A stretch of 64,000 nt of DNA from an uncultured Candidatus Saccharibacteria bacterium (GCA_964625065.1 CAZUZL010000001.1:40132-104131), one strand, 5' to 3'. Positions 39,538 to 48,943 are shown, counted from the stretch's first letter. Made by a program: numbers and translations. Notes: a model not told the origin generated them from the letters alone.

Positions 39538-40122
39538 ATGTTAATACCAACCGTAATTGAAAAAACCCCTAATGGCGAACGTGCATACGACATATATTCA
39601 CGCCTTTTAAATGAACGTATAATATTCCTAACTGGTGAAATAAACGACGCAGTAGCAAACACTGTTATTGCCCAGTTGCTGTTTCTAGAACATTCAGATG
39701 CCAAGAAAGACATTTCTTTCTACATCAACAGCCCAGGGGGTTCGGTGCATTCAGGTCTAGCTATACTAGACACAATGAACCACATCAAATGTGACGTATC
39801 TACTGTATGTGTTGGTATAGCTGCATCTATGGGCGCTATGATACTGTCTGCTGGTACAAAAGGCAAGAGATTTGCATTACCTAATTCTGAAATCATGATA
39901 CACCAACCAATAGCAGGTGTAGAAGGCCAGGCTTCAGACATAGCAATAACCGCTAAAAACATATTACGTGCCCGTGAAAACCTATACCAGATACTTTCTA
40001 AAAACACCGGCAAACCAGTTTCGCAAATAGAAAAAGACGGTGACCGCGACTACTGGATGACATCCAAAGAAGCAAAAGCTTACGGTATAATAGACGAAGT
40101 AATGACAAAAAAGTCTAAATAG
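39538..40122 (+). CDS. clpP: ATP-dependent Clp protease proteolytic subunit
   Basis: [26 protein letters not shown]. Confidence 0.98.
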   Translation: MLIPTVIEKTPNGERAYDIYSRLLNERIIFLTGEINDAVANTVIAQLLFLEHSDAKKDISFYINSPGGSVHSGLAILDTMNHIKCDVSTVCVGIAASMGAMILSAGTKGKRFALPNSEIMIHQPIAGVEGQASDIAITAKNILRARENLYQILSKNTGKPVSQIEKDGDRDYWMTSKEAKAYGIIDEVMTKKSK

Positions 40123-40246
40123 CCACCGCCTGAACGACCAGAAAAGCTTATATTATATAAACTTTATAGAAAACACACCCACTTTTGGGGTGTTTTTTCG
40201 TATCAAAAAAGCTTGACAATTTCTGTGTATGTGCTATACTACCAAT

Positions 40247-40582
40247 ATAAGTTATTTATACCTCAAATGGGGTGACGTAGAGTATGCAGCTGGAATCTGT
40301 CTGGTTATATATTGCGTACAGCGTTAACAATATTGTGCATTGCACAATATTGCCATAAATAATAAAAGAAAACCGCTCAAAGGCTTAGCTTTTGCCAAAA
40401 TTTAGACAATTTTAGAGCAATCAAAAACATCAGTGTATATATTATCTTTATTGATTTGTGTAATGAGATGTTAAAAATTTGATTAAAAGTTTTCTTAAAC
40501 AAATAGATAAAATTAGTAATTTAGACATTATTTTTTTATCTTTCCAAATGGGGTCTTCACTACGTAGTGGGGGCCCTTTTTC
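40247..40582 (+). ncRNA. Candidate non-coding RNA upstream of rny
   Basis: TTGACA/TGcTATACT promoter at 40213-40240, GC hairpin plus T-run at 40550-40582, no long ORF. Confidence 0.35.
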
Positions 40583-40634
40583 ATTTTTTATTTTATAACT
40601 TTATACTTTATAACTTATGTTGTATACTGTTTCC

Positions 40635-42149
40635 ATGCACATAACCCCCTACTTGCTGGCTGGCGCAGGCCTAATAGCCGGTTTTATACTACGCACTCTA
40701 TATATGCAGGGCAAACGCGGTAGTCTAGAACTTGAACTTAAAAAAATGGAACTCGCCGCTAAGGACGAGGCTTTGAAGATTATCGAAGACGCCCGCCACA
40801 ATGCAGAATCTCGTGAACGCGAAATAAAAATGATGGCACGCGAAAAAGAACATGAAGCTAAAACATTAGAAATGCGTGTGCAAAAACGCGAAGACATGTT
40901 AGACATCCGCCAAGAAGAACTAAACCGCGAAGCTGACACTTTAAAAAAACAAGCCGACGATATACGCACAATAAAGGAAAATATTAAAAACATCGAGGCA
41001 CGTGTAATGTTAGAACTAGAACATGTGTCACGCATGTCTATAGACGAAGCCCGCGACCAACTAATGTCTATAACTGCAAAACGTTACGAAGACGACATTG
41101 CCCTACGTTTACAAAAACTTGAACAGTCACACCAAGACCGTTTCGAACTTCGTGCCCGTGAAATACTAACCAGTACAATGCAACGGCTTTCTACATCTAC
41201 TGTGCAGGAACATGTTACGTCTTCTATAACGCTGGAAAACAGCGACATTAAAGGTAAAGTTATAGGCAAAGAAGGCCGTAACATAAAAACATTTGAACGC
41301 ATGGCTGGTGTAGAACTGTTGGTAGACGAGTCCCCTGAAACCATTGTTATTTCAGCCTTTGATCCAGTTCGTAGACAAGTTGCAAAAACAGCACTAGAGG
41401 CACTGATATCTGACGGACGCATACAACCCGCACGTATAGAAGAAGAAATAGCAAAAGCCCAAGAAAACATAAACCAAACAATGACAGAACGTGGCGAAGC
41501 CGCTGTATACGAAACAGGTGTACTACAACTACCACCCGGCGTAGTACAAATACTTGGCCGACTTGCCTACCGCACCAGTTACGGGCAAAACGTATTGCAA
41601 CATTCTGTAGAAACAGCATATATAGCAGCAATGTTAGCAGAGGAACTTGGTGCCGATGTAGCCATAGCCAAGGCCGGTGCATTAGTACACGACATAGGTA
41701 AGGCACTAGATCATGAAGTTGAAGGCACGCATGTAAACATAGGTATGCGCATATTAGAAAAGTTTGGTGTAGACACACGCATTATAGATGCAATGAAAAG
41801 CCACCACAACGAATACCCGCACGAGTCACTCGAATCTGTTATTGTTCAAGTTGCCGACCATATTTCTGGTGGACGCCCTGGTGCCCGCAGGGATAGTGTA
41901 GAACAATACGTTAAACGCCTTGCAGACCTTGAAGCCATAACAACAAAGTTCCCTGGTGTTGAACGCAGTTATGCATTACAAGCAGGCCGTGAAATACGCG
42001 TGTTTGTAACACCAGAAAAAGTTTCTGATGCGGAAGCTAAAAAACTTGCGCGCGACATTGCAGTATCTATCGAACGTGAATTAAAGTACCCAGGAGAGAT
42101 TAAAGTGACTCTTATAAGAGAAAACCGCGTTACCGAATTCGCAAGATAA
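40635..42149 (+). CDS. rny: Ribonuclease Y
   Basis: N-terminal TM, coiled coil, KGKVIGKEGRNI KH motif, RTSYGQNVL.HS, HDIGK HD motif. Confidence 0.97.
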   Translation: MHITPYLLAGAGLIAGFILRTLYMQGKRGSLELELKKMELAAKDEALKIIEDARHNAESREREIKMMAREKEHEAKTLEMRVQKREDMLDIRQEELNREADTLKKQADDIRTIKENIKNIEARVMLELEHVSRMSIDEARDQLMSITAKRYEDDIALRLQKLEQSHQDRFELRAREILTSTMQRLSTSTVQEHVTSSITLENSDIKGKVIGKEGRNIKTFERMAGVELLVDESPETIVISAFDPVRRQVAKTALEALISDGRIQPARIEEEIAKAQENINQTMTERGEAAVYETGVLQLPPGVVQILGRLAYRTSYGQNVLQHSVETAYIAAMLAEELGADVAIAKAGALVHDIGKALDHEVEGTHVNIGMRILEKFGVDTRIIDAMKSHHNEYPHESLESVIVQVADHISGGRPGARRDSVEQYVKRLADLEAITTKFPGVERSYALQAGREIRVFVTPEKVSDAEAKKLARDIAVSIERELKYPGEIKVTLIRENRVTEFAR

Positions 42150-42374
42150 AAATAAAACACCTCGCACGAGGTGTTTTATTTTTATCGCGCAAACTCAAAA
42201 AAACCTTACTAAATCTACATTTTATTGAAAATAATAAACAACAAATATAAATGTGGGTCAATAGCCTACCTATTGCGTTAAAAAACCCTTATTTTGTATA
42301 ATAGATACAGCTTATACTGTCGTGTGTATAAGTTAACATTACATGGTCGCGCATTACATATAATCAAAAATACT

Positions 42375-42647
42375 ATGAATAAAGCAAATCTAGCAGAACT
42401 GGTTCATACAATGATTGGCGGTACTAAAGTACAATCAGAAGAAGTAATCGAGGCTATACTAGGTGCTATCGTTAAAACCCTAAAAAGTGGAAACGAAGTA
42501 TCTATTGCAGGTCTAGGTATCTTCTCAGTTAAGGCACGTCCAGCTCGTATGGCACGTAACCCTAAAACAGGTGAAGCAGTTAAAGTTGCAGCTACGAACG
42601 TTCCTAAGTTCCGCCCTGCAAAGGCATTGAAAGACGCTGTAAAATAG
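42375..42647 (+). CDS. hup: DNA-binding protein HU
   Basis: MNKA.L, GLGIF...RPARMARNPKTGE...PKFRPAKALKDAV. Confidence 0.96.
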   Translation: MNKANLAELVHTMIGGTKVQSEEVIEAILGAIVKTLKSGNEVSIAGLGIFSVKARPARMARNPKTGEAVKVAATNVPKFRPAKALKDAVK

Positions 42648-42808
42648 CACTTTCATAAATCGACCTGATAGTACGGCATATATAAACCCCTCCTTACGGA
42701 GGGTTTTATATATGGGCAGAAAATAATTTAAAATGACAAAATCTCCTTCGTAGGAGATTTTGTTTTTGAATTTAACTGTCTATGTTTAATAAATAAAAAT
42801 CAAACTTT

Positions 42809-43933
42809 CTAGTTCTCGATTAAACCATTTGGTATCATTTGTTTAACCTTGTTCTTATTAAGAAACCTTTGATAGGAATTGTAATTTAGAAGATTCTCGT
42901 ACTGAAGGTGCCCAATAAGTAAGCTTGGGTGCATACCTAATTCTTGACTCTTTTTATTTATAATTTGGGGTGTTATTTCTATAAACTTAAGGCTTTCTAT
43001 TACACCATCTAATCCCAAACTGCTGACAGCGAATTCATTAGCTTCTTCTTCTTTATCATCCTTAGAGGGACTGTGAATATCGTCTATAAAACATGATCCG
43101 GCTGGTAAAAAATCATGTAGAATTAAATGACCGATTTCATGTAGTAAGGTAAAATAGAAATTATCAATTCTTTCATATCTTAAAGACATAATAATAACAG
43201 GACTGGTAGAATCTAACCAACATGCAGCGCCGTCTACACGAGTCTTTGAAAAGTGTGGCAGGAAAACAATTCTAACTCCAATATTTTTTAGTTCTTCAAC
43301 TATATTTTTAATACCACCTGATTCAGAAGAAAAGTTTTTTATTTTTTTTGAAAAATCTATGAGCTTATTTTTATCGTATACACCTACTTTTTGCCTTTTA
43401 GCAATTTTTTTTGCAAGCAAAACCCAAGACCTTAAATAACTAAAAACGATTTCTCCTTCTGAGGCCCTTAAACGTGCGGACACCAGCGTTTTTAAATCTC
43501 CTTCAGATGAGATACCCAGTAATTCAAATATATCTTTTTTCAAATCCTCAACACCTTTTTTCCTTTTTATGTATTGACGCCTAACTAGATCAGCAATTGG
43601 AAAGAAAGAGTACAAATCAGATCTTTCTTTTATCTCTAAGGGCTTATCTTTTGTTTTTTTATTTAGAATAAAAAGATCGTATTCAACTTGTAAAGAAAGC
43701 CACATGCTTGGGGTTGTTCCTAGCGCAGCAGAAATTATACCTGCTGTTTCTGGAGTAATTCCGCGCTTACCTTTTATTATCTCATTAACAGTTCTTGCTG
43801 GTCTACCTATAATATCCGAAAACTCTGCCTGTGTAAGCTGTCTCTCTGTTATTTCATCAAGTAAAATCTCCCCAGGGTGAAATACTCGGGCAGCCTGATC
43901 TTTATTTTTTTTAAAATTTGTATCTATTTTCAT
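42809..43933 (-). CDS. higA: HigA-family antitoxin fused to ImmA/IrrE metallopeptidase domain
   Basis: FHPGEIL, Xre HTH with NEIIKGKRGITPETA, W..LQ..YD; HEIGH zinc motif and E.EANEFA. Confidence 0.9.
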   Translation of the reverse strand: MKIDTNFKKNKDQAARVFHPGEILLDEITERQLTQAEFSDIIGRPARTVNEIIKGKRGITPETAGIISAALGTTPSMWLSLQVEYDLFILNKKTKDKPLEIKERSDLYSFFPIADLVRRQYIKRKKGVEDLKKDIFELLGISSEGDLKTLVSARLRASEGEIVFSYLRSWVLLAKKIAKRQKVGVYDKNKLIDFSKKIKNFSSESGGIKNIVEELKNIGVRIVFLPHFSKTRVDGAACWLDSTSPVIIMSLRYERIDNFYFTLLHEIGHLILHDFLPAGSCFIDDIHSPSKDDKEEEANEFAVSSLGLDGVIESLKFIEITPQIINKKSQELGMHPSLLIGHLQYENLLNYNSYQRFLNKNKVKQMIPNGLIEN

Positions 43934-43942
43934 AATTATGTT

Positions 43943-44239
43943 CTATGAGTAGTGATTAGAAATTTCTTTAATCAATATAATCTTGCAGGTTCCGTCGTTC
44001 TCTAAACTAAAGATTAACCGGTACTGCTGATTTAATCTTATTGAATAATTATCTTCTTTACCTGCAAGCTTCTCGAAATGGTTTCCTTTTATGGCCCTTA
44101 AATCATTTTCATTAGATGCCGACTTAATAATTTGCATTTTTTTAAAAAATGAACTAACAACATAATCAGGATAGTTTTCTTTCCCTATTTCTTCATAATA
44201 TAAGTCGGATAATTCCGAATTTGCGAATTGAAATATCAT
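43943..44239 (-). CDS. higB: HigB/RelE-family toxin
   Basis: DLRAI.G.HFEKLAG...YSIRLNQQYRLIF; start moved to MIFQF. Confidence 0.9.
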   Translation of the reverse strand: MIFQFANSELSDLYYEEIGKENYPDYVVSSFFKKMQIIKSASNENDLRAIKGNHFEKLAGKEDNYSIRLNQQYRLIFSLENDGTCKIILIKEISNHYS

Positions 44240-44625
44240 TGTTTCTTTTAAAATCGACCTTTTATGTATCGAATATGCTGTATGGTTATAATAACAGCTT
44301 GGGTAGCATAGGTCAACTAAAGTTTTACACACATTGTAAATATAGGGTTAACTATTGATTTACAATATATGTTAATTTACTATTGACTCTGATTACCTTG
44401 GCATGCTACATTATAGCAAGAGCTTGCTTTTAAGTAAAATCAATTGAAAATCAAGAAAAGCCACCAATTTCTTAGTAGCTTTTCTGGGCGTTTAAATTAA
44501 ATAAGGGGTACATTCCTAAAATACTCCGTGTCGATTATTTTATATTAGTTAAAATATCAGTAAAGTCTTACATCTATACTGTACCATAACTTACGCCCAA
44601 ATATCAATCTAACTCAAAAAATAAA

Positions 44626-44784
44626 ATGAGTGCAGGAGCAAAGACATTTACACTTGGCAGAGATTCTAGAACTGGCGAATTTATCACCGTTAAGGAAGCT
44701 GAGCGACGTCCAAACACCACTACAGTTGAACGAATCCCAAAACCTGGGAACGGCGACACTAGTAATAGTGGTAAAAGAAGGTAA
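44626..44784 (+). CDS. 52-aa small protein, below ORF-track cutoff
   Basis: MSAGAKTFTLGRDSRTGEFITVKEAERRPNTTTVERIPKPG...; A-rich leader and downstream hairpin terminator. Confidence 0.7.
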   Translation: MSAGAKTFTLGRDSRTGEFITVKEAERRPNTTTVERIPKPGNGDTSNSGKRR

Positions 44785-45127
44785 CAGAGCTTGGTAATAA
44801 TATAAAAATCACACACTGAAAGGATGTGTGATTTTTATATTTCAATCTTTATTAGTGTCTTAAAAGGTCAATAATTTTTTTAGTCCAATTTTGAAAGAAT
44901 TTACAAGTATTAAATACTTTTTACCATCTGAAGTTTCAATAGTTATTCCTGCTTCAATAATAACCACAATGAACGCGACATATATAAAATTAATTGGCTT
45001 TTTAAAAAGATTTACTGGAAAAGTAGTAGATTGCTCTACAGGTTGCATATTTTTATTATAACACAATATTTAAACTGAAGTATTACCATAAGTAGTAAAA
45101 AGGCTCTTTGGAAGCCTTTTTACTATG

Positions 45128-45198
45128 TGCGGGATAAGAGAATCGAACTCTTGCCAACAGTTTGGAAAACTGTGGTTCTACCACTAAACCAATCCCGC
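45128..45198 (-). tRNA. tRNA-Gly(TCC), CCA not encoded
   Basis: Cloverleaf; anticodon arm acagt-TTTCCAA-actgt; GTTCGATTC T-loop. Confidence 0.95.
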
Positions 45199-45315
45199 AA
45201 TATTTTGATTGGTTCGCTTCAAAGCTTAGTTTAAGGCTAATCGAATCGCCCTTATCACTTCGTGCCGCAGATGTCCCCGGGACATCTGGGTTGTGTTTTC
45301 TGCTTCAAAACTTAG

Positions 45316-45386
45316 TCGGGGTGCCGGGAATCGAACCCGGCCCTTATGTTCCCAAAACATAGATACTACCGATATACTACACCCCG
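45316..45386 (-). tRNA. tRNA-Pro(TGG), CCA not encoded
   Basis: cggggtg acceptor stem; tatgt-TTTGGGA-acata; GGTTCGATTCC. Confidence 0.93.
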
Positions 45387-45608
45387 ACTAAGCTTTTAAA
45401 CATCGCACAACCCCCACACATAGATACTACACTTATAGACTACGCTGGGGCACAGCTTTTATGCTACCAATTATTTTCAATAACAGTGCTTATTATTGCA
45501 CAAATAAAGCTTAATTTCAAGTGGTTATGCGCCTTCTAGTATTTTACGTTTTATTGTGCTAGTTTAAGGAAAAGAAACACATATCCACAATTTAATAAAC
45601 ATATCTAT

Positions 45609-46274
45609 ATGACACAGCAATTTACTGAAACACTCCCCCGTTCTGCATGGGAAAATGTAGTAATAAATGAAAACAACGAACCATTGGTTCTGCTTTTAGA
45701 AACCGACAGTCTTAAAACAGGTATTGTTGGCAAAAAATACAAACCACGTTTTTACGTTCGTAAAACTATCGCGGACAAGCTTTATGGTATTGCAAATTCT
45801 TTACCCAAAGGTATATGTTTAGTAGTAATTGAAGGTTACCGCTCAACCCAAGACCAACAAAACACTTGGGACAATGTATTTGCATTATTAAAAAAAGAAA
45901 ACCCAACATGGTCCGAAGAAGCAGTGACCCAAAAAGTTGGCCTTGTCGTTGCTAAACCACTACCCCTAGCTAACCACCACTGTGGCGGTGCTGTAGACGT
46001 AACGCTTATGCGTTCAGACGGAACATTGTTAGACATGGGCACACCCTACCCTAGCGAACCGTTAGGCACAGAGTGGTACGAAAAATTCCCCATGCTTTCT
46101 AAGAAAGTTGATAGTTGGCACAAACGAAACCGTCAATTGCTACGCAACGCAATGCAAGTAAAAGGTTTTGTTTGGTACCCAGGTGAATGGTGGCATTACT
46201 GTTGGGGCGACAGAATGTGGGCCGTATATTCTGGCAGAACAAAATGTATTTATGGTTCTGTAGAACTGCCCTAA
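45609..46274 (+). CDS. D-Ala-D-Ala dipeptidase (VanX/DdpX, M15)
   Basis: EGYRS..Q, H..GGAVDVTL, LDMGT, EWWHY motifs. Confidence 0.9.
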   Translation: MTQQFTETLPRSAWENVVINENNEPLVLLLETDSLKTGIVGKKYKPRFYVRKTIADKLYGIANSLPKGICLVVIEGYRSTQDQQNTWDNVFALLKKENPTWSEEAVTQKVGLVVAKPLPLANHHCGGAVDVTLMRSDGTLLDMGTPYPSEPLGTEWYEKFPMLSKKVDSWHKRNRQLLRNAMQVKGFVWYPGEWWHYCWGDRMWAVYSGRTKCIYGSVELP

Positions 46275-46373
46275 GTAATTGCATGAATTAAGGAATCCCC
46301 GGAAATTATTTTCCGGGGCTTTTCTTTTTTTAAAATATGTGTTATAAAGATGTAAACTAAACCAAAATACGAT

Positions 46374-46958
46374 ATGGAGCAAGAAAAACTTCTCGAACGA
46401 GTGTTCGATAAAAACCCGATTATATTAATGAACGGCTGGTCACTCTTAGAAATAGAAGTCCAGACAGTACTTTTAAAAAAGTCTTACAAGAAGCTGCATA
46501 GAACCAAAGATCTAGCGGTTATAGACATGGAGACAGAGATAATTTCTGAATACCATAAAATGAAGCCCGCTGCGTCAAAGAAATTACTAGCAATGCAAAA
46601 AGCTGGCAAAAAACACTCTTTTGCTATCGAAGTTATGTTGTGGACACAAAAGATTCTTTTCGTATACGACACCGACTGCCCTGTTGTAATAACAGGGTCA
46701 CCTCGGAGTGAGGATGAAGCAAGGGCACTTTTAAGTTTTTCTGAAACATTACATAAACAATTGTACGTTTTCAACATCAAAACTGAAAAGAGCACTGACA
46801 ACCGCGCGGAAATAGAAAAATATGACAATATGGTAAACCCCGCTTTAAGAGTACTTTCAGGAAAGCAAGTTCACATATTAAATGTAGAGATTAATTCAAA
46901 GACAACGCACCAAAGCGTGCATGACAAATTACTTAAACATATAGGCAATGTTAGGTAA
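46374..46958 (+). CDS. Hypothetical protein resembling a degenerate adenylate/NMP kinase
   Basis: VITGSPRSEDEARAL resembles DGFPRT.EQA; no intact P-loop. Confidence 0.5.
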   Translation: MEQEKLLERVFDKNPIILMNGWSLLEIEVQTVLLKKSYKKLHRTKDLAVIDMETEIISEYHKMKPAASKKLLAMQKAGKKHSFAIEVMLWTQKILFVYDTDCPVVITGSPRSEDEARALLSFSETLHKQLYVFNIKTEKSTDNRAEIEKYDNMVNPALRVLSGKQVHILNVEINSKTTHQSVHDKLLKHIGNVR

Positions 46959-47001
46959 AAACCAAACCCTTGGAAATTTATTTTCAAGGGTTTTTTGATT
47001 C

Positions 47002-47409
47002 CTATAATATCAAATCTTCGTACATTACTACCCTACCGGTTTTGTTTTCCATATCTAGGTACGCACATGCCAAGTCTATATATACCTTTGTTTTATAAGA
47101 CACTTTTCGTTCTAGCAGGTATGTTTCTATGGTGCGTAGCATTTTCCGTGCCTTCATAGGGTGCATGTTTTGGGCTGGGTCGTAACGCATGTATTTAACT
47201 TGAGCCAAATCCCCCACTTTTATGGACTTAACTTCTATAAAATGTATATTGTCGGGTCCATTTGTTACACGAGTAACAATGTCTATCTCGCCCCACTTTT
47301 TAGTGTAGTTGCGTTCTAGTATTTCATGGCCGTGTTTCATGAGGAACGTACAAACTACGTCCTCTCCTATTTCTCCAGTCTTTTGTTTATCTGAAGTAAA
47401 AACCTTCAT
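47002..47409 (-). CDS. yraN: YraN family (UPF0102) nuclease
   Basis: G..GED....FL...G..ILERNY..KWGEIDIV...HFIEVK; start at ATG 47409. Confidence 0.92.
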   Translation of the reverse strand: MKVFTSDKQKTGEIGEDVVCTFLMKHGHEILERNYTKKWGEIDIVTRVTNGPDNIHFIEVKSIKVGDLAQVKYMRYDPAQNMHPMKARKMLRTIETYLLERKVSYKTKVYIDLACAYLDMENKTGRVVMYEDLIL

Positions 47410-47596
47410 CCCGTTAGAGATAGGAAGTGCCACTACATAACATAGAAAACATTTACTATTCTCGATTTTAATTATAATCTATTCGACTAATTACATATCT
47501 AGCACTTCCGTAGATTAATTCAGTATATATACATATTAACATATTACGAGTGCATGAAACATATAAGCAATTAAGCATCTATAATCTCTAACGGGA
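47409..47596. mobile_element. Start-codon-associated inverted-repeat element, copy C (188 bp) with TTCA direct repeats
   Basis: ttca[tcccgttagagat...atctctaacggga]ttca, perfect 13-bp IR. Confidence 0.82.
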
Positions 47597-47675
47597 TTCA
47601 CTACTTAACTTCAAAATGTTTCATGAATAACACAAATGTCCGTTTCAGTACCAAAATGATCGAATTCCACTAAAG

Positions 47676-47691
47676 TGTGCCACGTGAAACA
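47676..47691. promoter_or_regulatory. parS-like site
   Basis: TGTGCCACGTGAAACA, one mismatch to TGTTNCACGTGAAACA. Confidence 0.7.
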
Positions 47692-47822
47692 TCTTTATGG
47701 CTATATCTAACTAATATAATATGTATTCTAATGTGTATTTTATAAATACCCTTATTTTTATAGGTATTTTAGATTTTTGGGGTATAGTATGACATTTTTT
47801 TGACATGTCTGTATACTGTCTT

Positions 47823-47862
47823 TTATAAACAATATACACAGACTTATCCACACTTATACACA
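47823..47862 (+). promoter_or_regulatory. Tandem DnaA-box-like 9-mers
   Basis: TTATAAACA, ATATACACA, TTATCCACA (perfect, 47844-47852), TTATACACA. Confidence 0.6.
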
Positions 47863-48025
47863 GTTTTCTATATAAAATATAGGTTTTAATGAATATAAAA
47901 GACGATTCTTACAAGAATTGTGTCGCGCAATGTCCTTTGAAGCGCGACCCGTCAAAAAAGTCTTTAATAAAAAGGGCAGAAAAAAGAGAGGGGGGCAAAA
48001 GGGGAATCGGTTGCGATTTTATAAC

Positions 48026-48283
48026 AACAGGGAATCGCCACCTACCGTGGCGAGTGCTTTGAACAAAAAGGGGAATCGGCCACGGTTTGCTGGTATTAGA
48101 AATGCGGAATGGGGATCGGCTTCGCCTCTCACCTCGTCAGTCACTCGGTTCGGGCTAGCCACCGCCTCGCACCCACACTGCTGTGTGGGACCCGCTCCGG
48201 CGTCCGATTCAGAATAACAGGGAATCGCCACCTACCGTGGCGGGTGCTTTTAGTAACAATAGGGAATCGGCCACGATTTGCTG
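48026..48283. repeat. ~67-bp direct repeat (48026-48092, 48216-48283) containing tRNA T-arm-like motifs
   Basis: aacagggaatcgccacctaccgtggcg.gtgcttt...gggaatcggccacg.tttgctg occurs twice. Confidence 0.85.
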
Positions 48284-48450
48284 ACATTTTTCATCACAAG
48301 TTCGAAAAATACCTAGCAATCCCGGCCCGGACTCGGCGACAAGCATTCCTTGTTACACAGGAATCTTGTATACCGCCTCCGTCTTCCGATTCCCCTATTA
48401 CGCATAAAATAAAATCGCCCGAAGGTATACTTCGGGGTCATTTATTTTTG

Positions 48451-48521
48451 TGCGGAATAGGGGAATCGGACCCCTGTCTCATCCTTGGCAAGGACGTGTT
48501 CTACCACTGAACCAATTCCGC
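48451..48521 (-). tRNA. tRNA-Gly(GCC) with atypical T-loop, CCA not encoded
   Basis: gcggaat acceptor stem; TTGCCAA anticodon loop; GGTCCGATTCC. Confidence 0.9.
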
Positions 48522-48684
48522 ATTTATTTATGTTTTGTTATTATAGTGTTTTTTGTAAAAAAAAGCAAACACAACATAGATGGTGTGGTGTTGGTAAAAT
48601 AGGCTTATTTTATATAGGTTTTATACATACATTTGTTAAAAGTCAAAATATAATGTATAATCAACATATTAATAATAATTAATA

Positions 48685-48756
48685 GCGCTTGTAGCTCAAT
48701 GGATAGAGTGACCGTCTTCGGAACGGTTGATGTGGGTTCGATTCCTGCCAGGCGCA
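48685..48756 (+). tRNA. tRNA-Arg(TCG), CCA not encoded
   Basis: accgt-CTTCGGA-acggt anticodon arm; GGTTCGATTCC. Confidence 0.93.
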
Positions 48757-48943
48757 CAAGACGATGAAAAGTAGACTGCTCTACTTTTCGAGTACTTGTG
48801 CGAGACGGAGCGATGTTTTGCAAGCATGCAAAACCGCGAGTCGGACCGTCTACAGGTGTCCATCTTATGCCGTGATGGACTTCGAGAAATTTTATGAGTG
48901 ACGACGAATAAAATATTCGTGGCCAAAAGACAAAAACATTAGT

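Noticed and set aside
44860-45066. 68-aa minus-strand ORF
   Set aside because: No recognisable motif; may be a gene remnant, not enough support to call
47990-48300. Possible CRISPR array
   Set aside because: Conserved core only about 8-10 bp, irregular spacing, spacers themselves duplicated, no cas genes
47918-48682. ORFs of 65-133 aa over the tRNA-Gly repeat region
   Set aside because: Overlap tRNA and structured repeats; no protein motifs
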